Virus record (IMG/VR): IMGVR_UViG_3300027666_000001
Length of the DNA: 64,000 nt
Strand: one strand, 5' to 3'
DNA from: a virus
The notes beneath the pieces were generated by a model. It did no database searches and had not been told where the DNA came from. It saw only the letters and a list, made by a program, of their open reading frames with translations. This document shows, piece after piece, positions 43,610 through 51,152 of the stretch (within the stretch, counting starts at the first letter, position 1; each line of letters starts with the position of its first letter). The position numbers and the translations under genes are program-made.

Positions 43610-44241
43610 TGCTCGTACTTCCTCGTCTTCTGCTCGATGATCTTCACATAGTTGTACGTCTCGCAGCGGGCGAACGAACACGGCGGAACGCCGTTGTACT
43701 GCTGCACCCGGAAGCCGCCCGCGTTGTACCCGGCGAGCATGTTCTTCCAGGTGGGTCCCGGAATGTCCTTGAGTCCCTTCGCGAGCTTGCAGTCCAGGCT
43801 CGCGGCCGACGGGATCGCGTCCTCGGGGTCGTACTTGTTCCGCTTGCCGTCCCCGTTGGCGTCGATCCCCTCGGTCGCCCAGGTTCCGTCGATGAACTGA
43901 GCCATCCCCTTCGCGGAGGCCGGAGAGTCCAGGCGCCCGTCGATGACCTCGGGCTTGAAGCCCATGCTTTCCTGGTCGAGCTGGGCCGCGAGAAGGGCCG
44001 GGGTCAACGTCTTGCACTTGTTGCCCCACTTGTTGATCAGCTCCTCCCAGCGCTTCTTCGGAACCGAGCCGGGCTTGATCGGTGCGGAGGTGCCGGTGAA
44101 CTTGTAGTCCTGGCTGGCCTCCTGCTTCGGGGGTGCCGCGACGGACGCAGCAGACGGGACCGCCGGAATGAAACCGGTGACGGCCTGAACTGCTCCAACC
44201 GCGAAAAACACACCGACGAATGCTCCGCCCGCTCTGCGCAT
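43606..44241 (-). CDS. secreted lytic transglycosylase (SLT domain, 211 aa)
   Basis: ATG 44241 behind GGAGAAGGGAGGAAC SD. N-terminal TM/signal. Motifs QESMGF, AKGMAQF and AGYNAG. Confidence 0.7.
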   Translation of the reverse strand: MRRAGGAFVGVFFAVGAVQAVTGFIPAVPSAASVAAPPKQEASQDYKFTGTSAPIKPGSVPKKRWEELINKWGNKCKTLTPALLAAQLDQESMGFKPEVIDGRLDSPASAKGMAQFIDGTWATEGIDANGDGKRNKYDPEDAIPSAASLDCKLAKGLKDIPGPTWKNMLAGYNAGGFRVQQYNGVPPCSFARCETYNYVKIIEQKTRKYEQ

Positions 44242-44266
44242 CACGTTCCTCCCTTCTCCGGGCTCC

Positions 44267-44304
44267 ACTCTAACATTGACCTAGGCCAGCCAACAAGGCG
44301 AACC
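44267..44304 (-). promoter_or_regulatory. promoter candidate TTGTTG-18-TAGAGT with GGCCTAGGtC palindrome in the spacer (site S3)
   Basis: The minus strand reads GGTTCGCCTTGTTGGCTGGCCTAGGTCAATGTTAGAGTGGAG, 26 nt upstream of ATG 44241. Confidence 0.5.
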
Positions 44305-44324
44305 TGCAACGGAGTTGAAACGCA

Positions 44325-44358
44325 GAACGGCCGGACCCCGTGAAGGGCCCGGCCGTTC
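44325..44358 (-). terminator. hairpin after membrane-protein gene
   Basis: GAACGGCCGG...CCGGCCGTTC (10-bp arms with an inner 3-bp extension), 13 nt after the stop at 44371. Confidence 0.5.
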
Positions 44359-44370
44359 GAACCGCCCACC

Positions 44371-44949
44371 TCAGTGGAACGGGCTCTGCATGAGCTGCGG
44401 GATCCAGTTGCCGATCTGGAGCGTGATCTCGGCCCAGGTGCCACCGCCGAGCGGGAAGAAGAACCCGCAGACGGCGCCGTACATCAGATCCTGCTTGTCG
44501 TCGTCCTTGTTCCGCATCGCGAGGAATCCGAGGAAGAGGCAGATGCCCCCGGCTCCGATGTCGGACAGGACCGGCCAGTCGGACAGCGCCATGACGAGAC
44601 CCTGGAACCAGTCGACCAGGTCGACGACGAACCCACCGGTCGAGCTGACGATCGACGTCATGGCCCACATTCCTACGAGGAATGTCATTGCGGACCGCCA
44701 GTCGAACCCTTCGCTCGGACCTCCGTGAACCTTCGTCATCATGCGGCTGGTCGGCTGCTGCACAGCCTTGGTCATCAGCGCCTTGGTCAGCCCGCCCCAG
44801 AGGAACATCTGCTGACCCTTCTTGTTCCCCTTGATGCAGAGGAACGAGAGCACCAGCAGGATGATTCCGAAGCCCGCCATCGTGGTGTGACCGATCCACG
44901 AGTTCTCCGGAACCTCGATCTGCTGCTGCTGCGTAAGTGCCAGAATCAC
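44371..44949 (-). CDS. polytopic membrane protein (192 aa)
   Basis: GTG 44949 behind GGAAGGTGAGGG SD. At least four hydrophobic helices. Confidence 0.65.
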   Translation of the reverse strand: MILALTQQQQIEVPENSWIGHTTMAGFGIILLVLSFLCIKGNKKGQQMFLWGGLTKALMTKAVQQPTSRMMTKVHGGPSEGFDWRSAMTFLVGMWAMTSIVSSTGGFVVDLVDWFQGLVMALSDWPVLSDIGAGGICLFLGFLAMRNKDDDKQDLMYGAVCGFFFPLGGGTWAEITLQIGNWIPQLMQSPFH

Positions 44950-44965
44950 TTTTCCCTCACCTTCC

Positions 44966-44995
44966 CTGTGGGGCCACCCTCCAGCGGCCCCACAG
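44966..44995 (-). terminator. perfect 10-bp hairpin CTGTGGGGCC-10 nt-GGCCCCACAG
   Basis: Begins 3 nt after an in-frame second stop (44998) of the upstream gene frame and ends 17 nt before GTG 44949. Confidence 0.55.
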
Positions 44996-45174
44996 ATTCA
45001 CCGGCCGGGACCGGCGGGCCGAAGTACCGGCAGCCCGTCGAGGTCGTCGTCCTTCTGGAACACGACTCGTCCCCTTTCCAAGCGGCTCGTTCGTCCGCTT
45101 CGTACCTCCGGCCGGATGCGAACCGGCTTCCAGCGGTAGCTGGGCTGCCACTCGGCAGCGAAGGCCCTCGTGCA

Positions 45175-46137
45175 TCACCAGGCGGCGCCCGGTGCGTAGA
45201 GCAGGATCCCCGTGACGATCGACGCCAGTGGGATCATGAGCACGGCGTGGAAGATGCCCGGCCCCATGCTCTGGGACTTCTCGCGCTCCTCCTCCGACAT
45301 GGCCGACCGCTCGTGGTTGAGCCGTTCGATCCGGTCGAAGACCCACATGGTCATGTAGAACGCCATGCAGAACAGACCGGCGACCCAGAACTGCCACATC
45401 TGGAAGGTCCACGGTGACCCGAAGACCGCCGTCACCTCGTCGGGATACGAGACCCCCACGAAGAACAGGATCGGGACCAGCCACGCCGAGCGCGTCAGCC
45501 ACCTGATGCTGAAGGTGACCATTCGTCCCCGGTACGTGCTCTGGGCCAGGTATCCGGCGACCTGGTTCCGGGTGAACATGAGGAACATGGGGGCGAGCCC
45601 CATGACCGCCGCCCAGATCAGGCTGCCGAGCCGGTCCGACTCGTACGCCATGCCGATCGTGTCCCTGAACCACCTGCCAGGACCGTTCAGGATTCCCCAT
45701 CCGGTGGTCGAGGTGCCGAAGCGGATTCGCTCGTACAGAGCGGTCAGAATCTGCGGTCCGACAGCCCACGACATCACCGAGGAGATCATGAACGAAGTGA
45801 CGTACGGCCGGGTCTTTCCGTTGGCCGGGTCCAGCCCGTTCTTGATGGCGGCGGCAGCCGCCTGAACCGGCTTCATCACTTCGGCCGCGAGCTTCTTCTC
45901 CTCTGCGGCCTTTTCCTTGACAGGGGCCAGGATCTTTTCGGCCTCCTGGCGTACCTTTTCCTTCTTCTCTTCCGCCTTGCCCTGACTCTCAGTCCACCGA
46001 GTGGTGGCCGAGCCTAGCTTCCCCTTCAATGCCTTGAGGTCGCCCTTCAGGGTCCGTGGCGGCTTCCGCTTCCGGCCCTTGAGGTGCACGGTGGGGGCCG
46101 TCTTCGGCTTCGGCGGAATGGCTGCCTTCGTCGCCAC
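45175..46137 (-). CDS. polytopic membrane protein with Lys-rich N-terminus (320 aa)
   Basis: GTG 46137 behind GGAAGGAGAGAC SD. Five to six TM helices. See the finding on the in-frame extension past TGA 45175. Confidence 0.7.
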   Translation of the reverse strand: MATKAAIPPKPKTAPTVHLKGRKRKPPRTLKGDLKALKGKLGSATTRWTESQGKAEEKKEKVRQEAEKILAPVKEKAAEEKKLAAEVMKPVQAAAAAIKNGLDPANGKTRPYVTSFMISSVMSWAVGPQILTALYERIRFGTSTTGWGILNGPGRWFRDTIGMAYESDRLGSLIWAAVMGLAPMFLMFTRNQVAGYLAQSTYRGRMVTFSIRWLTRSAWLVPILFFVGVSYPDEVTAVFGSPWTFQMWQFWVAGLFCMAFYMTMWVFDRIERLNHERSAMSEEEREKSQSMGPGIFHAVLMIPLASIVTGILLYAPGAAW

Positions 46138-46152
46138 GTCTCTCCTTCCGTG

Positions 46153-46317
46153 TTACGGCTTTCCATCGGAAGCGAGTCCGATGTTGGCCTCTACGGTTGC
46201 CTCCAATCGGGCGATATCCTGGTTGGCAGCGAAGTCAGAAAGCTGCCCGAGAGTCGCTTCCGGCACGGGCCGATCATGCGACGCAACCGGCTCCTGAACC
46301 TCCCCGTTACCTTCCAT
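46153..46317 (-). CDS. hypothetical acidic protein (54 aa)
   Basis: ATG 46317 behind GAAGAGAGGGTGGC SD. First gene divergent from the GntR-type regulator. Confidence 0.5.
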   Translation of the reverse strand: MEGNGEVQEPVASHDRPVPEATLGQLSDFAANQDIARLEATVEANIGLASDGKP

Positions 46318-46371
46318 GCCACCCTCTCTTCGGTCTCTGCTGGCGTTGTGGAGTCCAGCATGACACAATAC

Positions 46372-46381
46372 GGCCTAGGCC
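46372..46381. promoter_or_regulatory. perfect GGCCTAGGCC palindrome in divergent promoter region (site S4)
   Basis: Lies 24 nt upstream of the regulator start (46405) and 55 nt upstream of the leftward start (46317). Confidence 0.55.
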
Positions 46382-46404
46382 ACAAGCGAACGCGAGGAGA
46401 AAAA

Positions 46405-47139
46405 GTGAGCGAGCAGATTCCCAAGTACCGTGCCATTGCGGCACATTACCGATCCAGGATCACCTCTGGTGAGCTGGCGCCGGGTACTCCGCTGGAGTCG
46501 CGCCGCAGGCTCGCCAAGACCCACAAGACGTCGCGCGTCACCATCGACAAGGTCGTGGAACTGCTGACGGCTGAAGGGGTCCTGGAGCCGTCCAGCGGCA
46601 ACCGGCCGCCCGTCGTGGCGGACATCTCGGGCCGCACGGCCACGGTTCAGGACCGGGTCGGGAACTACGCGGCAAGCGGCCGGGCGCTCGGCGCCCGGGA
46701 GACCTCGGAGATCCTTCGGGTCGAGACGGTTCCATGCCCTGCCGAGATCGCCACCGCGCTGGGGGTCGAACCGGGTGAGGGCGTCGTCTACCGGGAGCGC
46801 CTGAACCGGATCGACGGCAAGCCGGTCGCCACCGGGCACTCGTACTACCCGCCCGAGGTGACGGCCGTGACCCCCGAGCTGGCGATGGCGGAGGCCACGC
46901 CGCGCGGTTCGCGCGAGCTGGCCGCCGAGCGCATGGGATCCCGACAGAAGGACCTGATCCCCGTCATCACGTCGCGACTGGCGACCGACCGGGAGCGGGA
47001 GCTTCTGGAACTCAAGGGCGCGTACGCGATCGTCACGCAGACGGCACGCCGGGTCCTGCTGGCCAATGGCAAGGTCGTCGAAGTCGCGGTGAAGGTCTGC
47101 GAGGGCAACCGGCCGGTCTCGTTCCACGTGCCCCTGTGA
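46405..47139 (+). CDS. GntR-family transcriptional regulator (HutC-like, UTRA-type C-terminal domain, 244 aa)
   Basis: GTG behind AGGAGAAAAA SD. N-terminal IPKYRAIAAHYRSRITSGELAPGTPLESRRRLAKTHKTSRVTIDKVVELLTAEGVL matches the GntR wHTH pattern. Confidence 0.75.
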   Translation: MSEQIPKYRAIAAHYRSRITSGELAPGTPLESRRRLAKTHKTSRVTIDKVVELLTAEGVLEPSSGNRPPVVADISGRTATVQDRVGNYAASGRALGARETSEILRVETVPCPAEIATALGVEPGEGVVYRERLNRIDGKPVATGHSYYPPEVTAVTPELAMAEATPRGSRELAAERMGSRQKDLIPVITSRLATDRERELLELKGAYAIVTQTARRVLLANGKVVEVAVKVCEGNRPVSFHVPL

Positions 47140-47160
47140 GGACCCCATGCGGATGTGCAG

Positions 47161-47190
47161 AGCCCCCGTTGCAACGGTGCGACGGGGGCT
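47161..47190. terminator. bidirectional hairpin between convergent genes
   Basis: AGCCCCCGT-12 nt-ACGGGGGCT followed by TTTCG on the plus strand. Confidence 0.55.
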
Positions 47191-47199
47191 TTCGCATGC

Positions 47200-47925
47200 T
47201 CAGGGCTCGATCAGTTTGAAGGCGTCCTCGCCTCTGGCCAGCTCCTCTTTCATCGACTCGTAGTCCTCGTGCCTGCGTTGCGGATACAGCCAGATCAGGT
47301 GCGCCCGCATGTCGTCGTTCCAGCCTCGTTCGGTCTCGTCGTCGACCTTGATGCACTCGGCCGGACTGACTCCGTACAGCCAGGTGAGCGCACCGAAGCC
47401 GATCCAGTGCCGCTGGCCGTCGTTGACAGAGGTGATCCACCCGGGGACGACGGCGTACTTCTTGCCCGTCAGGCCGCGAGGATAGAGCGGGTAGTCACTG
47501 GGCTCCTGCTCTTGCCCTTCCGTCCGCCGCGCCACCTGATGCGCCCGTGAACCCGTCTCGCCGAACGGCCTGAAGGGCACACGGCGCTTCGCCTCCAGTC
47601 GCCCGTCATCAGGAAGCCAGCCCTCGGGGATCGGCTTCCAGTCCTTGTCGGTCTTCCTCCTCTCGGGGTCCCACAGCTTCGCCCCTCCGGCCTTCAGCCA
47701 GCTCCGGATGTCGGAGAGGTACGTGGAGGAGAAGACGATCTGGCGGCGGTGCCGGTCGAGTGCGGAGAATCTGGTGTCGATCACCCACCAGCAGCCGAAC
47801 TCCGGCTTGCCGTCTTCGGCGTCCGAGTAGTACGCCTCGACGATCAGATGGTCGTGACCGTGCACCTGGTACTTCTTGTCGTACTTCCCGGTCGACGGGA
47901 GGCGGTGCAGCAGCGGTTCAGCCAC
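47200..47925 (-). CDS. hypothetical protein (241 aa)
   Basis: GTG 47925 overlaps the upstream stop by 8 nt (GTGGCTGA). High GC3. Confidence 0.6.
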   Translation of the reverse strand: MAEPLLHRLPSTGKYDKKYQVHGHDHLIVEAYYSDAEDGKPEFGCWWVIDTRFSALDRHRRQIVFSSTYLSDIRSWLKAGGAKLWDPERRKTDKDWKPIPEGWLPDDGRLEAKRRVPFRPFGETGSRAHQVARRTEGQEQEPSDYPLYPRGLTGKKYAVVPGWITSVNDGQRHWIGFGALTWLYGVSPAECIKVDDETERGWNDDMRAHLIWLYPQRRHEDYESMKEELARGEDAFKLIEP

Positions 47926-48577
47926 TGGCCGCCACCACGTTCCCGCTGAGATCCACGAGAGCCACCTGAGCGGGGGCCTTCTTCGCGGCGAACTCGACGG
48001 TTCCGGTCGCCGTCTCGCCGGGCTCGACCCGGCGAGAGCCGGGGGCCAGCGTTCCCTCACCGATGACGGCCGGGCGACCGTCGCCCTTCACCATCGACGA
48101 CATGACCACCACGGTCTCGTCGGTGTCGTTCACGACCGTCACCTTCACGATGGCGCCGACCGTGCCGGAGCCGTCGGGTACGGCAGTGAGGGTGACCACC
48201 TTCGGCTTCTGCGGAGCGGGCGTCTGAGATGCCTCGGCCCGGTCCTGCGCACCTTCGGAGGGACCTCCACCGGCAGCAGGGGGGAACTGCTCAGCGGAAG
48301 ACGACGAGGATCCGCCAGGGGTTTCGGCCGGATTCGAGCCGTCGTGCGGCATGACAGTGAAGACCAGAACCCCTACGGCAGCAGCACCGGCCGCTCCGAG
48401 AAGAAGGCTCTTACGCCGATCCGGCTTCTGCGGATTCGGCTCTTCCTGCCGAACTGGAGGATCGGGCGGAGGGGCGGGCATCGACGGTGCGGGTTCCGGA
48501 TCCCACCCGATGGCCGGTTCCACGCGAACCGGCTCACCCTCCTGTTGCGGTGCAGACGTGTTCCACCAGTCGGTCAC
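47918..48577 (-). CDS. membrane-anchored protein with extracytoplasmic beta-rich domain (219 aa)
   Basis: GTG 48577 in a GTGA overlap. Single TM LLLGAAGAAAVGVLVFTV, then a Pro/Ser linker and a V/T-rich domain. Confidence 0.6.
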   Translation of the reverse strand: MTDWWNTSAPQQEGEPVRVEPAIGWDPEPAPSMPAPPPDPPVRQEEPNPQKPDRRKSLLLGAAGAAAVGVLVFTVMPHDGSNPAETPGGSSSSSAEQFPPAAGGGPSEGAQDRAEASQTPAPQKPKVVTLTAVPDGSGTVGAIVKVTVVNDTDETVVVMSSMVKGDGRPAVIGEGTLAPGSRRVEPGETATGTVEFAAKKAPAQVALVDLSGNVVAASG

Positions 48578-48783
48578 TCCTTCTCCCCCTTCATCATCTT
48601 CCGAGCCACGTTCAGGCCCACGCCCGTGGCGGCTCCTGCGATTACGGCACCGGTTGCCGGAACGCCGATCGCGGAGAACGTGGCGGTGTCCAGTGCGGCC
48701 CCCAGCAGGGCAGCCGTAGTCACACTGTCGTCGACATCCTCGACCGCCTTGGCGATGGCCCAGGTGACGACCTTCTCCATCAT
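48574..48783 (-). CDS. small Gly/Ala-rich membrane protein (69 aa)
   Basis: ATGA overlap at 48780-48783. Glycine-zipper-like GVPATGAVIAGAATGVG. Confidence 0.5.
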   Translation of the reverse strand: MMEKVVTWAIAKAVEDVDDSVTTAALLGAALDTATFSAIGVPATGAVIAGAATGVGLNVARKMMKGEKE

Positions 48784-49094
48784 GAGACGGGCCGGAGCGG
48801 CAGGGTCGCGCTGTAGGCGACCAGGTACTCGTAACGCCACATGGAGTGTTCGCCGTCGTCGGTTCCGGTCTCGACGATGGTGGCCTCCTGGATGCGGTAC
48901 GCCATGCCGAGCCGGTCGCGGTAGAGGGCACCCGTCGGAAGCATCGGAATCGTCGGGTGCTCGCGACCGCCCTTCGGCGAGATGGTGATCAGCGCATGCC
49001 GGATTTCACTCTCCGGGTCGTCGTCCATCATCGGCTGGATCACAACGTAATTGGCGGATCCGGTTCCTCCGGATGCCTCGATTCGCCACGCCAT
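48780..49094 (-). CDS. hypothetical protein (104 aa)
   Basis: ATG behind AGGAGAGGAGAATGAC SD. Confidence 0.65.
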   Translation of the reverse strand: MAWRIEASGGTGSANYVVIQPMMDDDPESEIRHALITISPKGGREHPTIPMLPTGALYRDRLGMAYRIQEATIVETGTDDGEHSMWRYEYLVAYSATLPLRPVS

Positions 49095-49150
49095 GTCATT
49101 CTCCTCTCCTAGTCAACACAGCCAGAATACAGGCAAGTTGGGGAAAACAG

Positions 49151-49176
49151 GAAGCCCCCGCCGGAGCGGGGGCTTC
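49151..49176 (-). terminator. rho-independent terminator
   Basis: GAAGCCCCCGC-4 nt-GCGGGGGCTTC followed on the minus strand by CTGTTTTCCCC. Lies 18 nt after the stop at 49194. Confidence 0.7.
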
Positions 49177-49193
49177 TCTGCCGTGCGGGCTTG

Positions 49194-50354
49194 TCAGCCC
49201 TGGTTCATCCAGCTCGCGAGACCGTTCTCGACGAACCACTCCAGCGGGAAGGCGGTGGTCGCCTCGGTCACCCGGGGGGCGCCCGTCTGGTTGGCCTTCG
49301 CGAAGGCGGCCTTGGTGATGCCGCCCTCGGCCGCGTCGGCGGCGTAGTAGCGGGCCGCCAGGTTCACCTTCCGGCGCTCGGCGTCGGTCAGGTTCAGGCC
49401 GTCCAGGCTGATGCCCTCCGCGTCGTCCTCCTCCTCGAAGGAAACGCCGCCCTTGGTGAGCTGCGGCCGGGAGACCTGCCCCTGGATGACGTTGAAGCCG
49501 AGGTCCAGCGGAGCCCGCAGACGCAGTTCCTGCTCGGCGTCCATCCGCTCCAGGCTGATGCCCTGCTGGCTGCGCAGGGTCTCGATCTGGAGTCGCGCGT
49601 TGAGCTGCTGACGCATCAGCTTGGTCTCGGCCTCGCCCTCCAGCTTGGCCTTCTCCAGTTCGAACTGGGCCTGCTGCTCCAGCTTCTTGCGCTCGATCTC
49701 GGCCTGGACCTTCTCGTGCTCGATGGCCGCCAGGCGCCGCTGCTCAGCCAGGGCCGCCTCGTGCTCGCGGTTCTTCAGGATCATGTCGGCCTCGTGCTGC
49801 TCGGCGGTCGCCTCGGCGTCGGCCCGGGTGAGGCGGGACTTCCGCTTCTTCGCGGCCATCTGCGCCTTCTCGTCGTCGGTCAGGTCGCTCGGGTCCTTCA
49901 GGCCGTTCAGGGCCATCGTCCACGTGAGCTTCGTGAAGACCGGGAGGACCGCCGCGAACCCCGCCGCGCCGCCGCCGATCGTCGTTCCGTGGTAGCCGAG
50001 CAGACCGGCGACGAACAGGGCCTCGACCCAGCCGATGACCGGCAGGAAGTCGAAGGGCTTCTTCCTCTTGGGCAGCTTGCCCATCAGCTTCTGACCCTGG
50101 TACTGGGCCACCATCGTCGCGCTCCAGACGACGTCCATCGTCGCGGCGGCCGAGAGGGAGATCAGGCTGAGCCCGCCCAGCTTGTCGATGGTGAGCGCGT
50201 CGACCTTGTACAGGTCGATGAAGGACCAGGTGCTCCAGGCGAGGGAGCCGATCGAGAGGATGCTCGCCATCAGAACCAGAACGGAGAAACGCTTCGGACC
50301 GTCCTCGTCGATGTCGACCTTTGCGACCTTCTCGTTGTTTTCCGTCTTGTCCAT
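49194..50354 (-). CDS. membrane protein, 4 TM plus long coiled coil (DUF2637-like topology, 386 aa)
   Basis: Four N-terminal hydrophobic helices, then an EQ/K-rich coiled coil. GGGAGAAACCCAGAC SD. Confidence 0.6.
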   Translation of the reverse strand: MDKTENNEKVAKVDIDEDGPKRFSVLVLMASILSIGSLAWSTWSFIDLYKVDALTIDKLGGLSLISLSAAATMDVVWSATMVAQYQGQKLMGKLPKRKKPFDFLPVIGWVEALFVAGLLGYHGTTIGGGAAGFAAVLPVFTKLTWTMALNGLKDPSDLTDDEKAQMAAKKRKSRLTRADAEATAEQHEADMILKNREHEAALAEQRRLAAIEHEKVQAEIERKKLEQQAQFELEKAKLEGEAETKLMRQQLNARLQIETLRSQQGISLERMDAEQELRLRAPLDLGFNVIQGQVSRPQLTKGGVSFEEEDDAEGISLDGLNLTDAERRKVNLAARYYAADAAEGGITKAAFAKANQTGAPRVTEATTAFPLEWFVENGLASWMNQG

Positions 50355-50419
50355 GTCTGGGTTTCTCCCTTTCCGAAAACCCCCGGTTTTGGAAACCTCG
50401 CTTGGGGGCGTTAGGCATG

Positions 50420-50449
50420 ACTGTGCCAGCGTGGCCTAGGCCGTGTCAA
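50420..50449 (-). promoter_or_regulatory. promoter candidate TTGACA-18-CACAGT with perfect GGCCTAGGCC in the spacer (site S5)
   Basis: The minus strand reads GGTTCGCTTGACACGGCCTAGGCCACGCTGGCACAGT. Palindrome at 50433-50442. Confidence 0.5.
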
Positions 50450-50495
50450 GCGAACCAGGGCCAGATTCGGGAAGTGGTCCGTTCTGTCCGAATTC

Positions 50496-50517
50496 ACCAT
50501 GATTCGAGAATCATGGT
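50496..50517. promoter_or_regulatory. 22-bp palindrome ACCATGATTC-GA-GAATCATGGT
   Basis: Perfect 10-bp arms in non-coding island B. Confidence 0.6.
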
Positions 50518-50617
50518 ACGAAGTGCCGCCCCGTCGTGCCCTCATTCGTCCGATTCGAGTGGAGAACAACCACCCTTTCTTTGGCTTCTTCCGACGGGAC
50601 GGAACCTCTTCCACGCT

Positions 50618-51049
50618 TCAGGAAGAGCGGGACCTCCGGAAGAGGCCGTAAAGGAAGCCCTTCCGTTCGCTGCGATGCCGTCCGGAAGGAGTCGGAATCT
50701 CCTCGGAAACCTGGTGACCAGCGGCGTCGGGATCGTCTGCCTCAATTCGTCCGGTTTCGTCTTCCAGAACCTGCTCGGAAGGGGGGTCGATTGCGGTCAG
50801 GTTCAGTACGTAGACGTTCGCCCCCCGCAGGCCGGTGGCAGAGAAGCCCGGTTCGGTGCGCAGCAGTCCGCTCCGGGTGAGTTCGGCCCTGGCTCGCACC
50901 AGGGCGCCCTGCGTCAGTCCGCTGTCCTTGAGGAGGGTGGTCGTTGCCACCTGGGCCCGCCCCGCCTCGTTCACGTGCTTCAGCAGGGCGTCCAGCAGCT
51001 TTCGTGCCTCATGGCCCAGCGCGTTGCGGTCATAGGGGTTGTCGCTCAT
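50618..51049 (-). CDS. winged-helix DNA-binding protein (143 aa)
   Basis: ATG 51049 behind GGGAAAGGTGA SD. TTTLLKDSGLTQGALVRARAELTRSGLL resembles a wHTH. Confidence 0.5.
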   Translation of the reverse strand: MSDNPYDRNALGHEARKLLDALLKHVNEAGRAQVATTTLLKDSGLTQGALVRARAELTRSGLLRTEPGFSATGLRGANVYVLNLTAIDPPSEQVLEDETGRIEADDPDAAGHQVSEEIPTPSGRHRSERKGFLYGLFRRSRSS

Positions 51050-51093
51050 GCCGTCACCTTTCCCGTGATCTGTGTCGGGCATCAGCGTACGGC

Positions 51094-51127
51094 GAAGGGC
51101 CGCCAGAACATCGTCTGGCGGCCCTTC
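51094..51127 (-). terminator. 14-bp perfect hairpin
   Basis: GAAGGGCCGCCAGA-6 nt-TCTGGCGGCCCTTC, 26 nt after the stop at 51153. Confidence 0.65.
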
Positions 51128-51152
51128 TGGTAGGCCATCTCGTGTGGCCTGG

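Noticed and set aside
44957-45175. 72-aa Arg-rich ORF coupled (TGATG) to the 320-aa membrane protein gene
   Set aside because: GC3 is about 62% against about 79% in the overlapping in-frame extension of the upstream gene. The product is Arg/Gly-rich noise.
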